Source: Acidobacteriota bacterium (GTDB lineage Bacteria; Acidobacteriota; Vicinamibacteria; Vicinamibacterales; SCN-69-37). Taken from it: a stretch of 64,000 bases of DNA. Positions 9,108 through 17,617 of the stretch are shown piece by piece. The notes below the pieces were generated by a model. The model was given only the letters and a program-made list of their open reading frames with translations, had not been told where the DNA came from and ran no database searches. The first letter of the stretch is position 1. Each line of letters starts with the position of its first letter. A program made the translations under genes and the position numbers. The stretch spans positions 56,846 to 120,845 of the forward strand of contig CANIII010000001.1 in assembly GCA_947467605.1 (NCBI GenBank), in the 5' to 3' direction.

Positions 9108-9521
9108 ATGAGTTCGCAGCGTTTTGCACAGGCCATCGGGGTGGGTCGCCAGGCGCACGTCGCCTCGACGAAAGTCAGCCACAGCCTGTTTCCCTCGTGG
9201 CGGCAACGGAATTTCCGACGCCACCTCGGGCGGTTCATCGTGGCGCTTCAGCAGGTTCCGCAGTCCGAAGCGGCCACGTTGTCTGCCGCCGACATCCGCT
9301 CGCTCACCGACATGGTCAATCAGGTCATCGCGGAAGCGGAGACATTCATGGCTGAGCGGCCGGAATCCACCACGAAAGAAGTGGAACAGGACCGGTTCGT
9401 GGTGACGGAGATCTATCAATTGCGCGCGATCGTGGAGTCATTGGCGCGCCGCGTCACGGCCGATCCGAACTTTACGGACCTGCGTTCGGAGATGCGGTCG
9501 GAGCGCCGGCCGCGGGAGTAA
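9108..9521 (+). CDS. Hypothetical protein
   Basis: ATG at 9108, preceded by the purine-rich ACGAGGGGGG. 137 codons (MSSQRFAQAIGVGRQ...). No motif recognised. The track ORF start at 8859 is antisense to the regulator gene and is rejected. Confidence 0.45.
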   Translation: MSSQRFAQAIGVGRQAHVASTKVSHSLFPSWRQRNFRRHLGRFIVALQQVPQSEAATLSAADIRSLTDMVNQVIAEAETFMAERPESTTKEVEQDRFVVTEIYQLRAIVESLARRVTADPNFTDLRSEMRSERRPRE

Positions 9522-10254
9522 TGCCCCGCTCGCCGAGCCATCGGCGTGGCTTCCGGCGTTTCAAGCCAAACGGCTCGAGGGTGTTGGCCTCGAGATATTT
9601 CATGGCGGCGTCGATGTCGTCGGTCACCATGATCAGCTTCATGTCGTCGGCGGCCACCGCGCCCTGCTGGATCATCTCGGTCAGCAACGCGACGAGTGGC
9701 GTCCAATACGCCACGCCAATCAGCACGACCGGAAATCCACGAATCTTCTTTGTTTGAATCAGCGTGAGCGCTTCGGACAGCTCGTCGAGTGTGCCGAGTC
9801 CACCGGGCATCGCGACAAACGCGTACGAGTACTTGAACAGCAGCACTTTGCGCACAAAGAAGTAGTGGCAACTGATCGAGCGGTCGAGATACGGATTGAC
9901 GTGTTGTTCGTGCGGCAGTTCGATGTTGCACGCGACCGACGGGCCGCCCGCGTCGCGCGCGCCACGATTGGCGGCTTCCATCAGGCCCGGCCCGCCGCCG
10001 GTCATCACCGTGAAGCCGAGCTGACTCACGCGCTTGCCGACTTCGCGCGTGCGCTCGTAGTACGGATGACCTTCATTGAAACGCGCGGATCCAAAGATGG
10101 TGACGCACGGCCCCACAAAGTGCAGGACGCGGAACCCTTTGATGAAGTCGCGCATGACTCGAAACAACAGCAGCATCTCGTGAAAACGAGAGTGCGGACC
10201 TTCGAGCATGACGCGATCGGAGGAGCCATTGGCCCCCCCGGTCGTTTCGCTCAT
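9472..10254 (-). CDS. LOG family (TIGR00730) nucleotide 5'-monophosphate nucleosidase / Rossmann-fold protein
   Basis: GGGPGLMEA and PGGLGTLDEL motifs. Confidence 0.85.
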   Translation of the reverse strand: MSETTGGANGSSDRVMLEGPHSRFHEMLLLFRVMRDFIKGFRVLHFVGPCVTIFGSARFNEGHPYYERTREVGKRVSQLGFTVMTGGGPGLMEAANRGARDAGGPSVACNIELPHEQHVNPYLDRSISCHYFFVRKVLLFKYSYAFVAMPGGLGTLDELSEALTLIQTKKIRGFPVVLIGVAYWTPLVALLTEMIQQGAVAADDMKLIMVTDDIDAAMKYLEANTLEPFGLKRRKPRRWLGERGITPAAGAPTASPNAGP

Positions 10255-10278
10255 AAGTAATTTTCTACTTTCAACTTT

Positions 10279-10821
10279 CTACTTCTTTTTCGCTCCGAGC
10301 GACTCGAGACGCGCCGCAAGGTTCGCGCCGGCCTTCGTGACGTCGTCCGCATTCACGTTCTTGTCGATGTAGACGATCTTGCCGTCCGGTCCGATGTAGA
10401 ACGTCCAGCGATTGGCAAATCCGCCGTTTGGCGGCAGTACGCCGTACGCCGTGGCCACCACTTTGGTGGGATCAGAGAGGAACGGAAAATTGACCTGCTC
10501 CTGATCCGCGAACTGCTTGTTCAACTCCGGCGTGTCGACGCTGGCCATGTAGTAGGCCACGTTGAACTGCTTCAGCACGTCTGAACTGTCGCGAATCGCG
10601 CGGCATTCCCTGGTGCAACCGCTGGTCATCGCCTTCGGATACCACGCCACGACCACGAACTTGCCTTTGCTCTCGGCGAGCGTGTGCGTCTTGCCGTCGG
10701 TGCCGGGCAGCGAGAACGCCGGCGCCGCATCACCCACCTTGAGCTCAACAGGTGCCTGTGCGCCAACGCCCGCCACCAGCGCCAGACCCACGACACCCAA
10801 AACCATTGCGAACTTCTTCAT
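10279..10821 (-). CDS. Exported thiol peroxidase / redoxin (AhpC-TSA/Bcp-like)
   Basis: Signal peptide [23 protein letters not shown] and active-site region [22 protein letters not shown] ribosome-binding site upstream. Confidence 0.8.
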   Translation of the reverse strand: MKKFAMVLGVVGLALVAGVGAQAPVELKVGDAAPAFSLPGTDGKTHTLAESKGKFVVVAWYPKAMTSGCTRECRAIRDSSDVLKQFNVAYYMASVDTPELNKQFADQEQVNFPFLSDPTKVVATAYGVLPPNGGFANRWTFYIGPDGKIVYIDKNVNADDVTKAGANLAARLESLGAKKK

Positions 10822-10890
10822 CAGAGTCGAACCTCCCTCATCATTCTAAGGAAAACCTCCCCTAATGTCTTAATATCCCCCGGTCCGTCC

Positions 10891-13563
10891 ATGGCCAACT
10901 TCTACCAACTCTTCGCTGACGCCGCCCGGCAATTCCCCGATCGCCCGGCCATCGACGTCGTCCGCCAGACCGGGACCGACACGTGGACCTACGCCCAACT
11001 GAACGCCGACGCCATGCTCTGGGCCGAGTGGCTCGTGGCGCGGGGCGTTCGCCCCGGCGACCGGTGCGCAATCCTCGCCGACAACGACGCCCGCTGGATC
11101 GGCGCGTACTTTGGCGCCCTGCGGATCGGCGCCGTCGCCGTGCCGCTCGACACCAACTACGAGTACTCGCAGGTCCGCACCGTCGTCGACGACTGCGACG
11201 CCAAAGTGATCTTCACGACGGCGAAGTATCGCGAGACGGTCGACGCCGCCGCCCCGGCTCGGCTGCGTGTCGACCTCGGCACCGACGCCGCCGCACGCAC
11301 CAGCACGTCACCGCCGCCGGTCATCGACCGCACCGCAGACGACGCGGCCGTGCTGTTGTACACATCGGGCACGACGAGTGATCCGAAAGGCGTGATCCTG
11401 TCGCACGGCAATCTCGAAGCGGAGCGTGCTGCCGCGTTCAAGATCATCACGTTGTCCGAGACGGACGCGGTGCTCGGCGTGCTGCCGCTCTTCCACGCCC
11501 TCGCGCAGCTGGCGAACCTGTTGCTCCCACTCATCGTCGGTGGCCGCGTGGTGTTTCTTGAGCAGGTCAGCTCGAGCTCATTGCTCGGCGCGCTGCAGCA
11601 AAAACAGATCACCGTCTTCGCCTGCGTGCCGCAGTTTTTCTACCTGATCCACCAGCGCGTGACGGCCGAAGTCGCCAAACGCGGACGCGTGGGCCGCAGC
11701 CTCTTCGGCGCGATGCTTCGCACGAACGGCTGGCTGCGCGACCGCTTCGGATGGAATCCCGGCAAGCGCTGGTTTGCTCGAGTGCATCACACGCTCGGGA
11801 AACACATGCGGGTCCTGGTGACCGGCGGATCCAAGTTCGACCCGATCATCGGGCGACAGTTGTTTGAGATGGGCTTCACGCTGCAAAACGCGTACGGCCT
11901 GACCGAGTGCACAGGCGGCGCGACGATCATGCGGCCGAACGATGCCTTCTCCACATCCGTCGGCCAGGCGATCGATGGCGTCGACATTCGCATCCTCAAC
12001 GACGCGACCGACCGAGACCGCGAACATCCAGACGGCGAGATCCTGATTCGCGGCCCGATCGTGATGCAGGGCTACTTCAACCGCGCGGACGCAACCGCAC
12101 AGGTGTTGAAAGACGGCTGGCTCTACACGGGCGACCTTGGCTACCTCGACAACGAAGGCCGCCTGTTTGTCACCGGTCGCAAGAAAGAGATCATCGTCCT
12201 CAGCTCCGGCAAGAATCTGTATCCGGAGGAGATCGAAGCGCACTATCGGCAGTCGCCGCTGATCAAGGAACTCTGCATCCTCGGTTTGACCAAGCCCGGC
12301 GAGCCGTCCGCAGAGCGCCTGCACGCCGTGATTGTTCCTGACGAAGTCGTCATGCAGGAGCGCGGCATCACCAACGTGCGCGAACTGGTGCGCTTCGATA
12401 TCGAGAGTCTGTCGGTGTCGTTGCCCGCCCATAAGCGTGTGCTGAGCTATGACGTCTGGTTCGATGCGCTGCCGCGCACGAGCACCGGCAAAGTGAAGCG
12501 GCACGAAGTGGAGCGATTGGTGCGCGAGCGCGCGTCGGCCGTGGCGGCCGACACGGCGGCACACGAAGCGCGTCCGCTGTCTGACGCAGAGAAGGCCTGG
12601 CTCAACGACCCCGATCGTTCGGACGCACTCGCCGCCGTGGCTGAGCGTCTTCAGCGCCCCACCATCCACCCGGACGCCAACCTTGAGCTCGACCTCACGC
12701 TCGACTCGATGGAGCGCGTGGAGTTGCTCACGATGCTTGAGCAGCGCGCCGGCACGCGTGTCGCGCCGGAGAAACGCACATCAATTTTCACCGTGCGCGA
12801 ACTGGTCGACGCCGTGCTGTCGGCCAGCGCCGGCAGCGCGCAAGCCGGCTCAACAGCTGCACCGTGGGAGACGATCCTCGCGCAGGAACCCGGCGACGGC
12901 GTGGCCGATGACCTGCGGCGATCGCGGCCGTTCATCGCGCTGCTCTTCTTTGTCCCGTTGCGCGTGATCGGCTGGGTGCTGCGCCTCGTGCTGCGCTTCC
13001 GCGTGACCGGGCTCGAGCACGTGCCGGCGAACGGGCCGTTCATCATCTGCCCCAACCACCAGTCCTATCTCGACGCGTTTCTGGTGCTGTCAGTGCTCCC
13101 GTTCCGAGTCTTCCGTCAGTTGTTCTTCGTGGGCGCTGCGGAATATTTCGAAACACCGCGCATGCGCGCCTTCGCGCGCGCCACCAACATTGTCCCGGTC
13201 GATGCGAACGTCAATCTGATGAGCGCGATGCAGGCCGGCGCCACCGGCCTGCGGATGAAGCGAGTACTCGTGCTGTTCCCTGAGGGCGAGCGCTCCATCG
13301 ACGGCGAGCTGAAACCGTTCCGCAAAGGCGCGCCGATTCTGTCCGCGCAACTCGACGTGCCCATCGTCCCGGTGGCCATGAACGGCCTCTACCAGGTATG
13401 GCCGCGCGGCCGCAGCATCCAGTGGCGCGCATTGCTCCCATGGAACGTCACGCCGCTGCGCCTCACCTTTGGTGCGCCGATGACGATGGTCAAGGGTGAT
13501 GACGCCGGCGCAACCGAGCGGTTGCGCCGGGCCATCGAGGCGTTGTTCGCCGCGATCCGCTGA
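10891..13563 (+). CDS. Tri-domain fusion: acyl-AMP/CoA ligase, carrier (PP-binding) domain and PlsC-type lysophospholipid acyltransferase
   Basis: ATG at 10891 (MANFYQLFADAARQFPDRPA). Adenylation motifs LLYTSGTTSDPKGVILSHGNL and YTGDLGYLDNEGRLFVTGRKKE. Carrier motif LDLTLDSMERVELL. Acyltransferase motifs CPNHQSYLDAF (HX4D) and FPEGERS. Confidence 0.85.
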   Translation: MANFYQLFADAARQFPDRPAIDVVRQTGTDTWTYAQLNADAMLWAEWLVARGVRPGDRCAILADNDARWIGAYFGALRIGAVAVPLDTNYEYSQVRTVVDDCDAKVIFTTAKYRETVDAAAPARLRVDLGTDAAARTSTSPPPVIDRTADDAAVLLYTSGTTSDPKGVILSHGNLEAERAAAFKIITLSETDAVLGVLPLFHALAQLANLLLPLIVGGRVVFLEQVSSSSLLGALQQKQITVFACVPQFFYLIHQRVTAEVAKRGRVGRSLFGAMLRTNGWLRDRFGWNPGKRWFARVHHTLGKHMRVLVTGGSKFDPIIGRQLFEMGFTLQNAYGLTECTGGATIMRPNDAFSTSVGQAIDGVDIRILNDATDRDREHPDGEILIRGPIVMQGYFNRADATAQVLKDGWLYTGDLGYLDNEGRLFVTGRKKEIIVLSSGKNLYPEEIEAHYRQSPLIKELCILGLTKPGEPSAERLHAVIVPDEVVMQERGITNVRELVRFDIESLSVSLPAHKRVLSYDVWFDALPRTSTGKVKRHEVERLVRERASAVAADTAAHEARPLSDAEKAWLNDPDRSDALAAVAERLQRPTIHPDANLELDLTLDSMERVELLTMLEQRAGTRVAPEKRTSIFTVRELVDAVLSASAGSAQAGSTAAPWETILAQEPGDGVADDLRRSRPFIALLFFVPLRVIGWVLRLVLRFRVTGLEHVPANGPFIICPNHQSYLDAFLVLSVLPFRVFRQLFFVGAAEYFETPRMRAFARATNIVPVDANVNLMSAMQAGATGLRMKRVLVLFPEGERSIDGELKPFRKGAPILSAQLDVPIVPVAMNGLYQVWPRGRSIQWRALLPWNVTPLRLTFGAPMTMVKGDDAGATERLRRAIEALFAAIR

Positions 13564-13572
13564 GCGAATCGT

Positions 13573-14070
13573 TCACGCCTTCGGAATGATCTGCAACGCA
13601 TCCGGCGTCACGAACTCGTGCTCGGGGTGATGTACCGTCAACACCGGGCACGGCGCGAGCCGCACGACCTTTTCAGCAACGCTGCCAATCAACCAACGCG
13701 ACAGCCCTGAACGACCATGGGTGCCAATGACCACCAGATCGACCTTGTGGTCATTGGCATAGTGCGCAATCTCGCGCGCAGGCGACTCCGACGTGATCAT
13801 CACCGCGGTGGCGCCCAGTTCGCGGCGATCCTCTTCGGTCACGGCCTCGTCCAATTGCTTCCGCGCCGTCTCTTCCAGTCCCTGCATCATCGTGGTCAAG
13901 GCCACGCCGCCGCCGACGACGTCGGCGCTGGTGATCCAGAGCGGTTCGAAGACATGGAGTACATGAAGCGACGCGCCAAATGACCGCGCCATCGCGCGGG
14001 CATAGTTGAGCGCCGATAGAGACGGCGCACTGAAATCCGTAGCCACGAGAACCTTCTTGATCGCAATCAT
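13573..14070 (-). CDS. Universal stress protein (UspA family)
   Basis: MIAIKKVLVATDFS ... GTHGRSGLSRWLIGSVAEKVVRLAPCPVLTV. The ATG at 14070 overlaps the upstream stop codon (ATGA). Confidence 0.8.
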   Translation of the reverse strand: MIAIKKVLVATDFSAPSLSALNYARAMARSFGASLHVLHVFEPLWITSADVVGGGVALTTMMQGLEETARKQLDEAVTEEDRRELGATAVMITSESPAREIAHYANDHKVDLVVIGTHGRSGLSRWLIGSVAEKVVRLAPCPVLTVHHPEHEFVTPDALQIIPKA

Positions 14071-14639
14071 GACGTGCCTCCTTCGCCCTGCGGCTGTATC
14101 CACGACACCACCTCGGCCGGTTTCCGCGATGCCGGCAAGCAGGGTTCCGCTGGTCGTCCCACGATGATGGCGGCGACGACGGTCAGTGACTGTGCAATAT
14201 GTAACTCCTCGCGCACGGCAGGTGTGCTGAGCGCATCGATGGCCGAACCCACGCAGCAGGTGCCCAGCCCCATCGCGGTGGCCGCGAGCATCAGGTTCTC
14301 GGCGGCGAGCCAGCAGTCGGCGACGGCAAACGGACCAGAGGGTCGCGCGGCGATGACAATCAGGGTGCTGGCACCGTAGAAGATGTTGAAGTCTGTGCGC
14401 AGCAGTGCCGTTGCAAACTCACGGCCGCGCCATCCGGCCTTGGCCATTTCCGAGTACCGGTGGAGCCGGGCGATGTCCTGGACCACGGCGAACACCCACG
14501 GCTCACTGTGCATGGCCGTGGGCGCTCGCGTGGCGGCGTCGAGCAACGTCCGGATCGTGTCGGCGTCAACGAGATCGGGCGAATAGGCCCGGACCGAACA
14601 CCGCTGGCGAATCACCTGGAGGACGGGGTTCGACACCAT
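14067..14639 (-). CDS. Nitroreductase family protein
   Basis: 190 aa. N-terminal VIRQRCSVRAYSPDLVD and overall nitroreductase-fold pattern. Translationally coupled to the usp gene. Confidence 0.7.
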   Translation of the reverse strand: MVSNPVLQVIRQRCSVRAYSPDLVDADTIRTLLDAATRAPTAMHSEPWVFAVVQDIARLHRYSEMAKAGWRGREFATALLRTDFNIFYGASTLIVIAARPSGPFAVADCWLAAENLMLAATAMGLGTCCVGSAIDALSTPAVREELHIAQSLTVVAAIIVGRPAEPCLPASRKPAEVVSWIQPQGEGGTS

Positions 14640-14783
14640 ACGGTGGAGGACGACGCAAGGACCGTTCCACTGGGAAGTAGCGCGGGCAGTGCGGTTCGCA
14701 ATGTCGCGAGGAAAAAGACCCGCGGGAGTGGCGAAAATCTACCGCCGACCGCGAAATAGACGCGAAGCAGCTAAGATCTTTCC

Positions 14784-15562
14784 ATGAGAACAATCGCGGT
14801 CGCGGCAGCGTTGTGCGCAGTTCTGGCGACCGCCTCGCCGGCGCGGGCCCAGGCACCTGGACAGGGTTCGCCGGCGGCACGCAGGGCAAGCAGGCGTTCA
14901 CCGTCAAACACCACCTGATTGTGTGGGGCTCGATCGGCCTCGACCTCGATGTGATTGGCGATGTCACCGGCAGCGCGCTCGGGACGATCCGCGGCACGCA
15001 GATGTTGGTGAATCCGACCGCGTTCCCGGACGTCTATGTGAAGACACCGCGGCGACGCTACGTGGCGGTCGGCTACGGCCTCTTCGACAAGACGGAAGTG
15101 TTCGCGCGCTACACGGACGCAAACAACCCGGCCTCCACCGTGATCATCGGGTTGTATGGATCCAACTCGAACACGTTCGCGGTCGCCTTCGACAATTACA
15201 AAGACCGCATGGTGGAGTTCGGCCTGCGCAAGTACATCGCGACACCAAAATCGACGCGCGAGTACTTTGCGATCGTCGGCGGCATGAAGACGGTGGATCC
15301 CCTGAGCATCGACATGCAGGTGCCCGGCGGCACCGTCCGCACCGAGCTCTACAGCAAGTCGCGCATCCCGTCGATCGGCCTCGAGTTCGGCGTCAGCCTC
15401 GAGTGGCACAAGCTGGGCATTTTTCTCGAGTCCGGTATGCGCTACCAGAAGCGACTGACACGCAACGACAACGACCTCGTGCAGTACGGGCTCGAAGACC
15501 TCAACAACACCGGCATCCGGCTCTTCATGCCCGTGAACATGGGCCTGTTGCTCCGGTTCTAG
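14784..15562 (+). pseudogene. Outer-membrane beta-barrel protein gene with an apparent 1-nt frame disruption after the signal peptide
   Basis: ATG 14784 encodes MRTIAVAAALCAVLATASPARAQAPGQG and then stops at 14916..14918. The 249-aa barrel ORF (14813..15562, ending MGLLLRF) has no signal peptide of its own and lies in the -1 frame relative to it. Confidence 0.6.
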
Positions 15563-15583
15563 TCTTGGAACGGCGCTCGGCGC

Positions 15584-15784
15584 CTAGTTCGCCTCGACGT
15601 ATTTGCGCGCCGCAATCTGGGCGCGTCGTCGACGCAGATCCAACTGCCGGTACAAGTCCTTCACGAGCGGCTGCAGGCGCGGGCGTGGCTGCGGCCGGTC
15701 CCGTCGTACCACCATCGGCGTCGCCGAGTCGTCCACCAGAACCAACTGCCGTGCTGCGGTGCCGTCAAACATGTCCTGATCCAT
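15584..15784 (-). CDS. Small hypothetical protein (66 aa)
   Basis: ATG at 15784 preceded by AGGAGAA. Third positions are G/C-rich. Sequence MDQDMFDGTAARQLVLVDD...RRRRAQIAARKYVEAN. The longer 146-aa version in the track overlaps the TMEM175 gene and is rejected. Confidence 0.45.
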   Translation of the reverse strand: MDQDMFDGTAARQLVLVDDSATPMVVRRDRPQPRPRLQPLVKDLYRQLDLRRRRAQIAARKYVEAN

Positions 15785-15872
15785 TGCTGTTCTCCTGACA
15801 CCCAGCATCAGGGCGGGGTGTGACAGGGCAGGACCGCACGAATTTCGAGGGGACGGACTACAATCGGGCCGG

Positions 15873-16559
15873 ATGGAAAGACGCCACGAAGTCACACGGC
15901 TGGAAGGATTTAGCGATGCGGTCTTCGGCTTCGCGCTGACGCTGCTGGTGGTCTCACTGGAAGTGCCAAAAGACTTTGCGGGTCTCCTCAACCTGATGCG
16001 CGGTTTTCTGCCGTTCGCGCTCATGTTCGCGATGATTTGCTGGATCTGGTACGAGCATCAGCTCTTCTTCCGGCGATACGGACTGCACGACACCGCCACC
16101 ATCGCAATCAACTGCTGCCTCCTCTTCGTCGTGCTCTTCTACGTCTATCCGCTCAAATATCTGACGACGGGCCTGCTCGGTCCACTCCTGGGAATGGACA
16201 ACACGCCAGACATACGCGCGGGCAGCGATACGATCATGCTCATGTACAGTGGCGGCGTCGTCATGATCTTTGGCGCCTTCACCGCACTGTACGCTCGAGC
16301 CTGGCATCAACGCGCCGCATTGGAACTGACGCCCGCTGATGAGATCACGCTGCGGTTCGGACAGCGCGGCCATGTCATCAGCATGATGTTCGGTGTGGTG
16401 TCGATCGCGGTGGTCGGGATCGGGCGGTTGACCGGCCTTGGTACGCTGTCGTTCGTCGCGGGCATTCTCTATTCGCTGATGGGCCCTCTGCACGCGTGGA
16501 ACGGGTACGCCGGCGGCCGGGCTCACGACCACTTACGAAAGACGCTCACGCGCCCATGA
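15873..16559 (+). CDS. TMEM175-family (DUF1211) putative potassium channel
   Basis: N-terminal signature RLEGFSDAVFGFALTLLV followed by six hydrophobic helices. Confidence 0.8.
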   Translation: MERRHEVTRLEGFSDAVFGFALTLLVVSLEVPKDFAGLLNLMRGFLPFALMFAMICWIWYEHQLFFRRYGLHDTATIAINCCLLFVVLFYVYPLKYLTTGLLGPLLGMDNTPDIRAGSDTIMLMYSGGVVMIFGAFTALYARAWHQRAALELTPADEITLRFGQRGHVISMMFGVVSIAVVGIGRLTGLGTLSFVAGILYSLMGPLHAWNGYAGGRAHDHLRKTLTRP

Positions 16560-17539
16560 GAAACGCCGAAGTCATTCGTCAGTGGCAGATCCTCCGCGCG
16601 GTCGAGTCGGCGCGTGTCGGCATCACGATTCACGAACTCGCGCGCGAGACGAACGTCACCACGCGCACGATTCGACGCGACCTGACCGCGTTGCAGGAAG
16701 CGGGGTTTGCCCTCTTTGACGAAGGCGAGGGCAACGAAACGAAGAAATGGAAGCTTGACGCGCAGCCGTTTCGCGCCGTGCAGGATGGACTCTCGGTCGC
16801 CGACGTCGCCGCGCTCTACCTGAGCCGGTCGATCGTCGTGGCGCTCTCGGGCTGGCCGCTCGTCGATGAACTCGGCGCGGCTCTGGCCAAACTCGACTCC
16901 GCGCTGAACCCGAAGATGCGTGAGTTCCTGTCGACGCTGCCGCAAGTGGTCTCGACGAAGGCCGGGCCGCGCGCAGGTACCGCATCGGCGACGCACCTCG
17001 CGCCCCTCACACGCCGGCTCTTTGATGCCGTGCGCGACCGCCACATCATCGACATGGCCTATTTCTCGGCGCGCAGCAACCGCGCGAAGACCTACACCGC
17101 GCACCCCTATCGCATCGCGCTCGCGCAAGGTGGCGTGTATCTGGTGGCCTGGGTGCCGCAGTACGACGAGTTCCGCACCTTCGCCGTCGAGCGCATTCAA
17201 AAGCTCTCGATCTCGGACGAGACCTTCCGCAAGACCCGCGAGCTGCCCGCCGACCTCTTCGCGTCATCGATGGGCGTCTTCTGGGGTGAACCCGAACACG
17301 TCGTGATCGACTTCGCCGCGCGTCACGCTCCGTATGTGCAGGGCCGCCTCTGGCATCCGTCACAGCAGATCGACGCACACGCAGACGGCCACCTCACGCT
17401 CACGCTCGACGTCTCCACAGACTGGGCCCTTCGCAGCTGGATCCTCGGCTTCGGCGCTGGCGTGAAAGTTGTCGAGCCAAAGGCACTGGCGAAAGCACTG
17501 AAGGACGAACACCAGAAAGCCCTCGCCGAGTCGGACTGA
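16556..17539 (+). CDS. WYL-domain transcriptional regulator (YafY/PafBC-like HTH-WYL)
   Basis: ATG 16556 overlaps the upstream stop codon (ATGA). N-terminal HTH ITIHELARETNVTTRTIRRDLTALQEAGF. WYL-type core YRIALAQGGVYLVAWVPQYDEFRTFAVERI. Confidence 0.8.
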   Translation: MRNAEVIRQWQILRAVESARVGITIHELARETNVTTRTIRRDLTALQEAGFALFDEGEGNETKKWKLDAQPFRAVQDGLSVADVAALYLSRSIVVALSGWPLVDELGAALAKLDSALNPKMREFLSTLPQVVSTKAGPRAGTASATHLAPLTRRLFDAVRDRHIIDMAYFSARSNRAKTYTAHPYRIALAQGGVYLVAWVPQYDEFRTFAVERIQKLSISDETFRKTRELPADLFASSMGVFWGEPEHVVIDFAARHAPYVQGRLWHPSQQIDAHADGHLTLTLDVSTDWALRSWILGFGAGVKVVEPKALAKALKDEHQKALAESD

Positions 17540-17571
17540 CACACTGGCAGACCTGACACACTTCTTGAAGT

Positions 17572-17593
17572 GCGTCGGGCTAAAGCCCGACGC
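17572..17593. terminator. GC-rich hairpin between convergent genes (possible bidirectional terminator or dispersed hairpin repeat)
   Basis: GCGTCGGGC-TAAA-GCCCGACGC, a 9-bp stem with no T-run. Lies between the WYL gene stop (17539) and the tricorn gene stop (17618). Confidence 0.4.
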
Positions 17594-17617
17594 CTACGTC
17601 TGCCTTGGGGGTTTCAA

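Noticed and set aside
10255-10278. AT-rich direct repeat TTTCTACTT-TCAAC-TTTCTACTT between the redoxin and LOG genes.
   Set aside because: It is very short and single-copy. It is probably just the AT-rich translation-initiation region of the LOG gene, and there is too little evidence to call it a regulatory site.
10684-10890. N-terminal extensions of track ORFs: 1705, 8859, 10684, 16496, 20550, 28128, 49284, 51676, 51883, 55467 and 14103.
   Set aside because: The extensions overlap upstream genes or run antisense to them, and they lack signal or domain content. Internal starts give proper signal peptides, ATGA/GTGA coupling or ribosome-binding sites.
14640-14783. The 144-bp divergent intergenic region between the nitroreductase and OMP genes, considered as a possible riboswitch or sRNA.
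   Set aside because: I could find no convincing conserved-looking stem architecture or known motif by eye. It is most simply a pair of divergent promoters.
15404-15419. TGGCAC-AAGCT-GGGCA, a match to the sigma-54 -24/-12 motif with correct spacing.
   Set aside because: It lies inside the OMP coding sequence, about 450 bp from the next plus-strand gene. One or two such matches are expected by chance in a window of this size.
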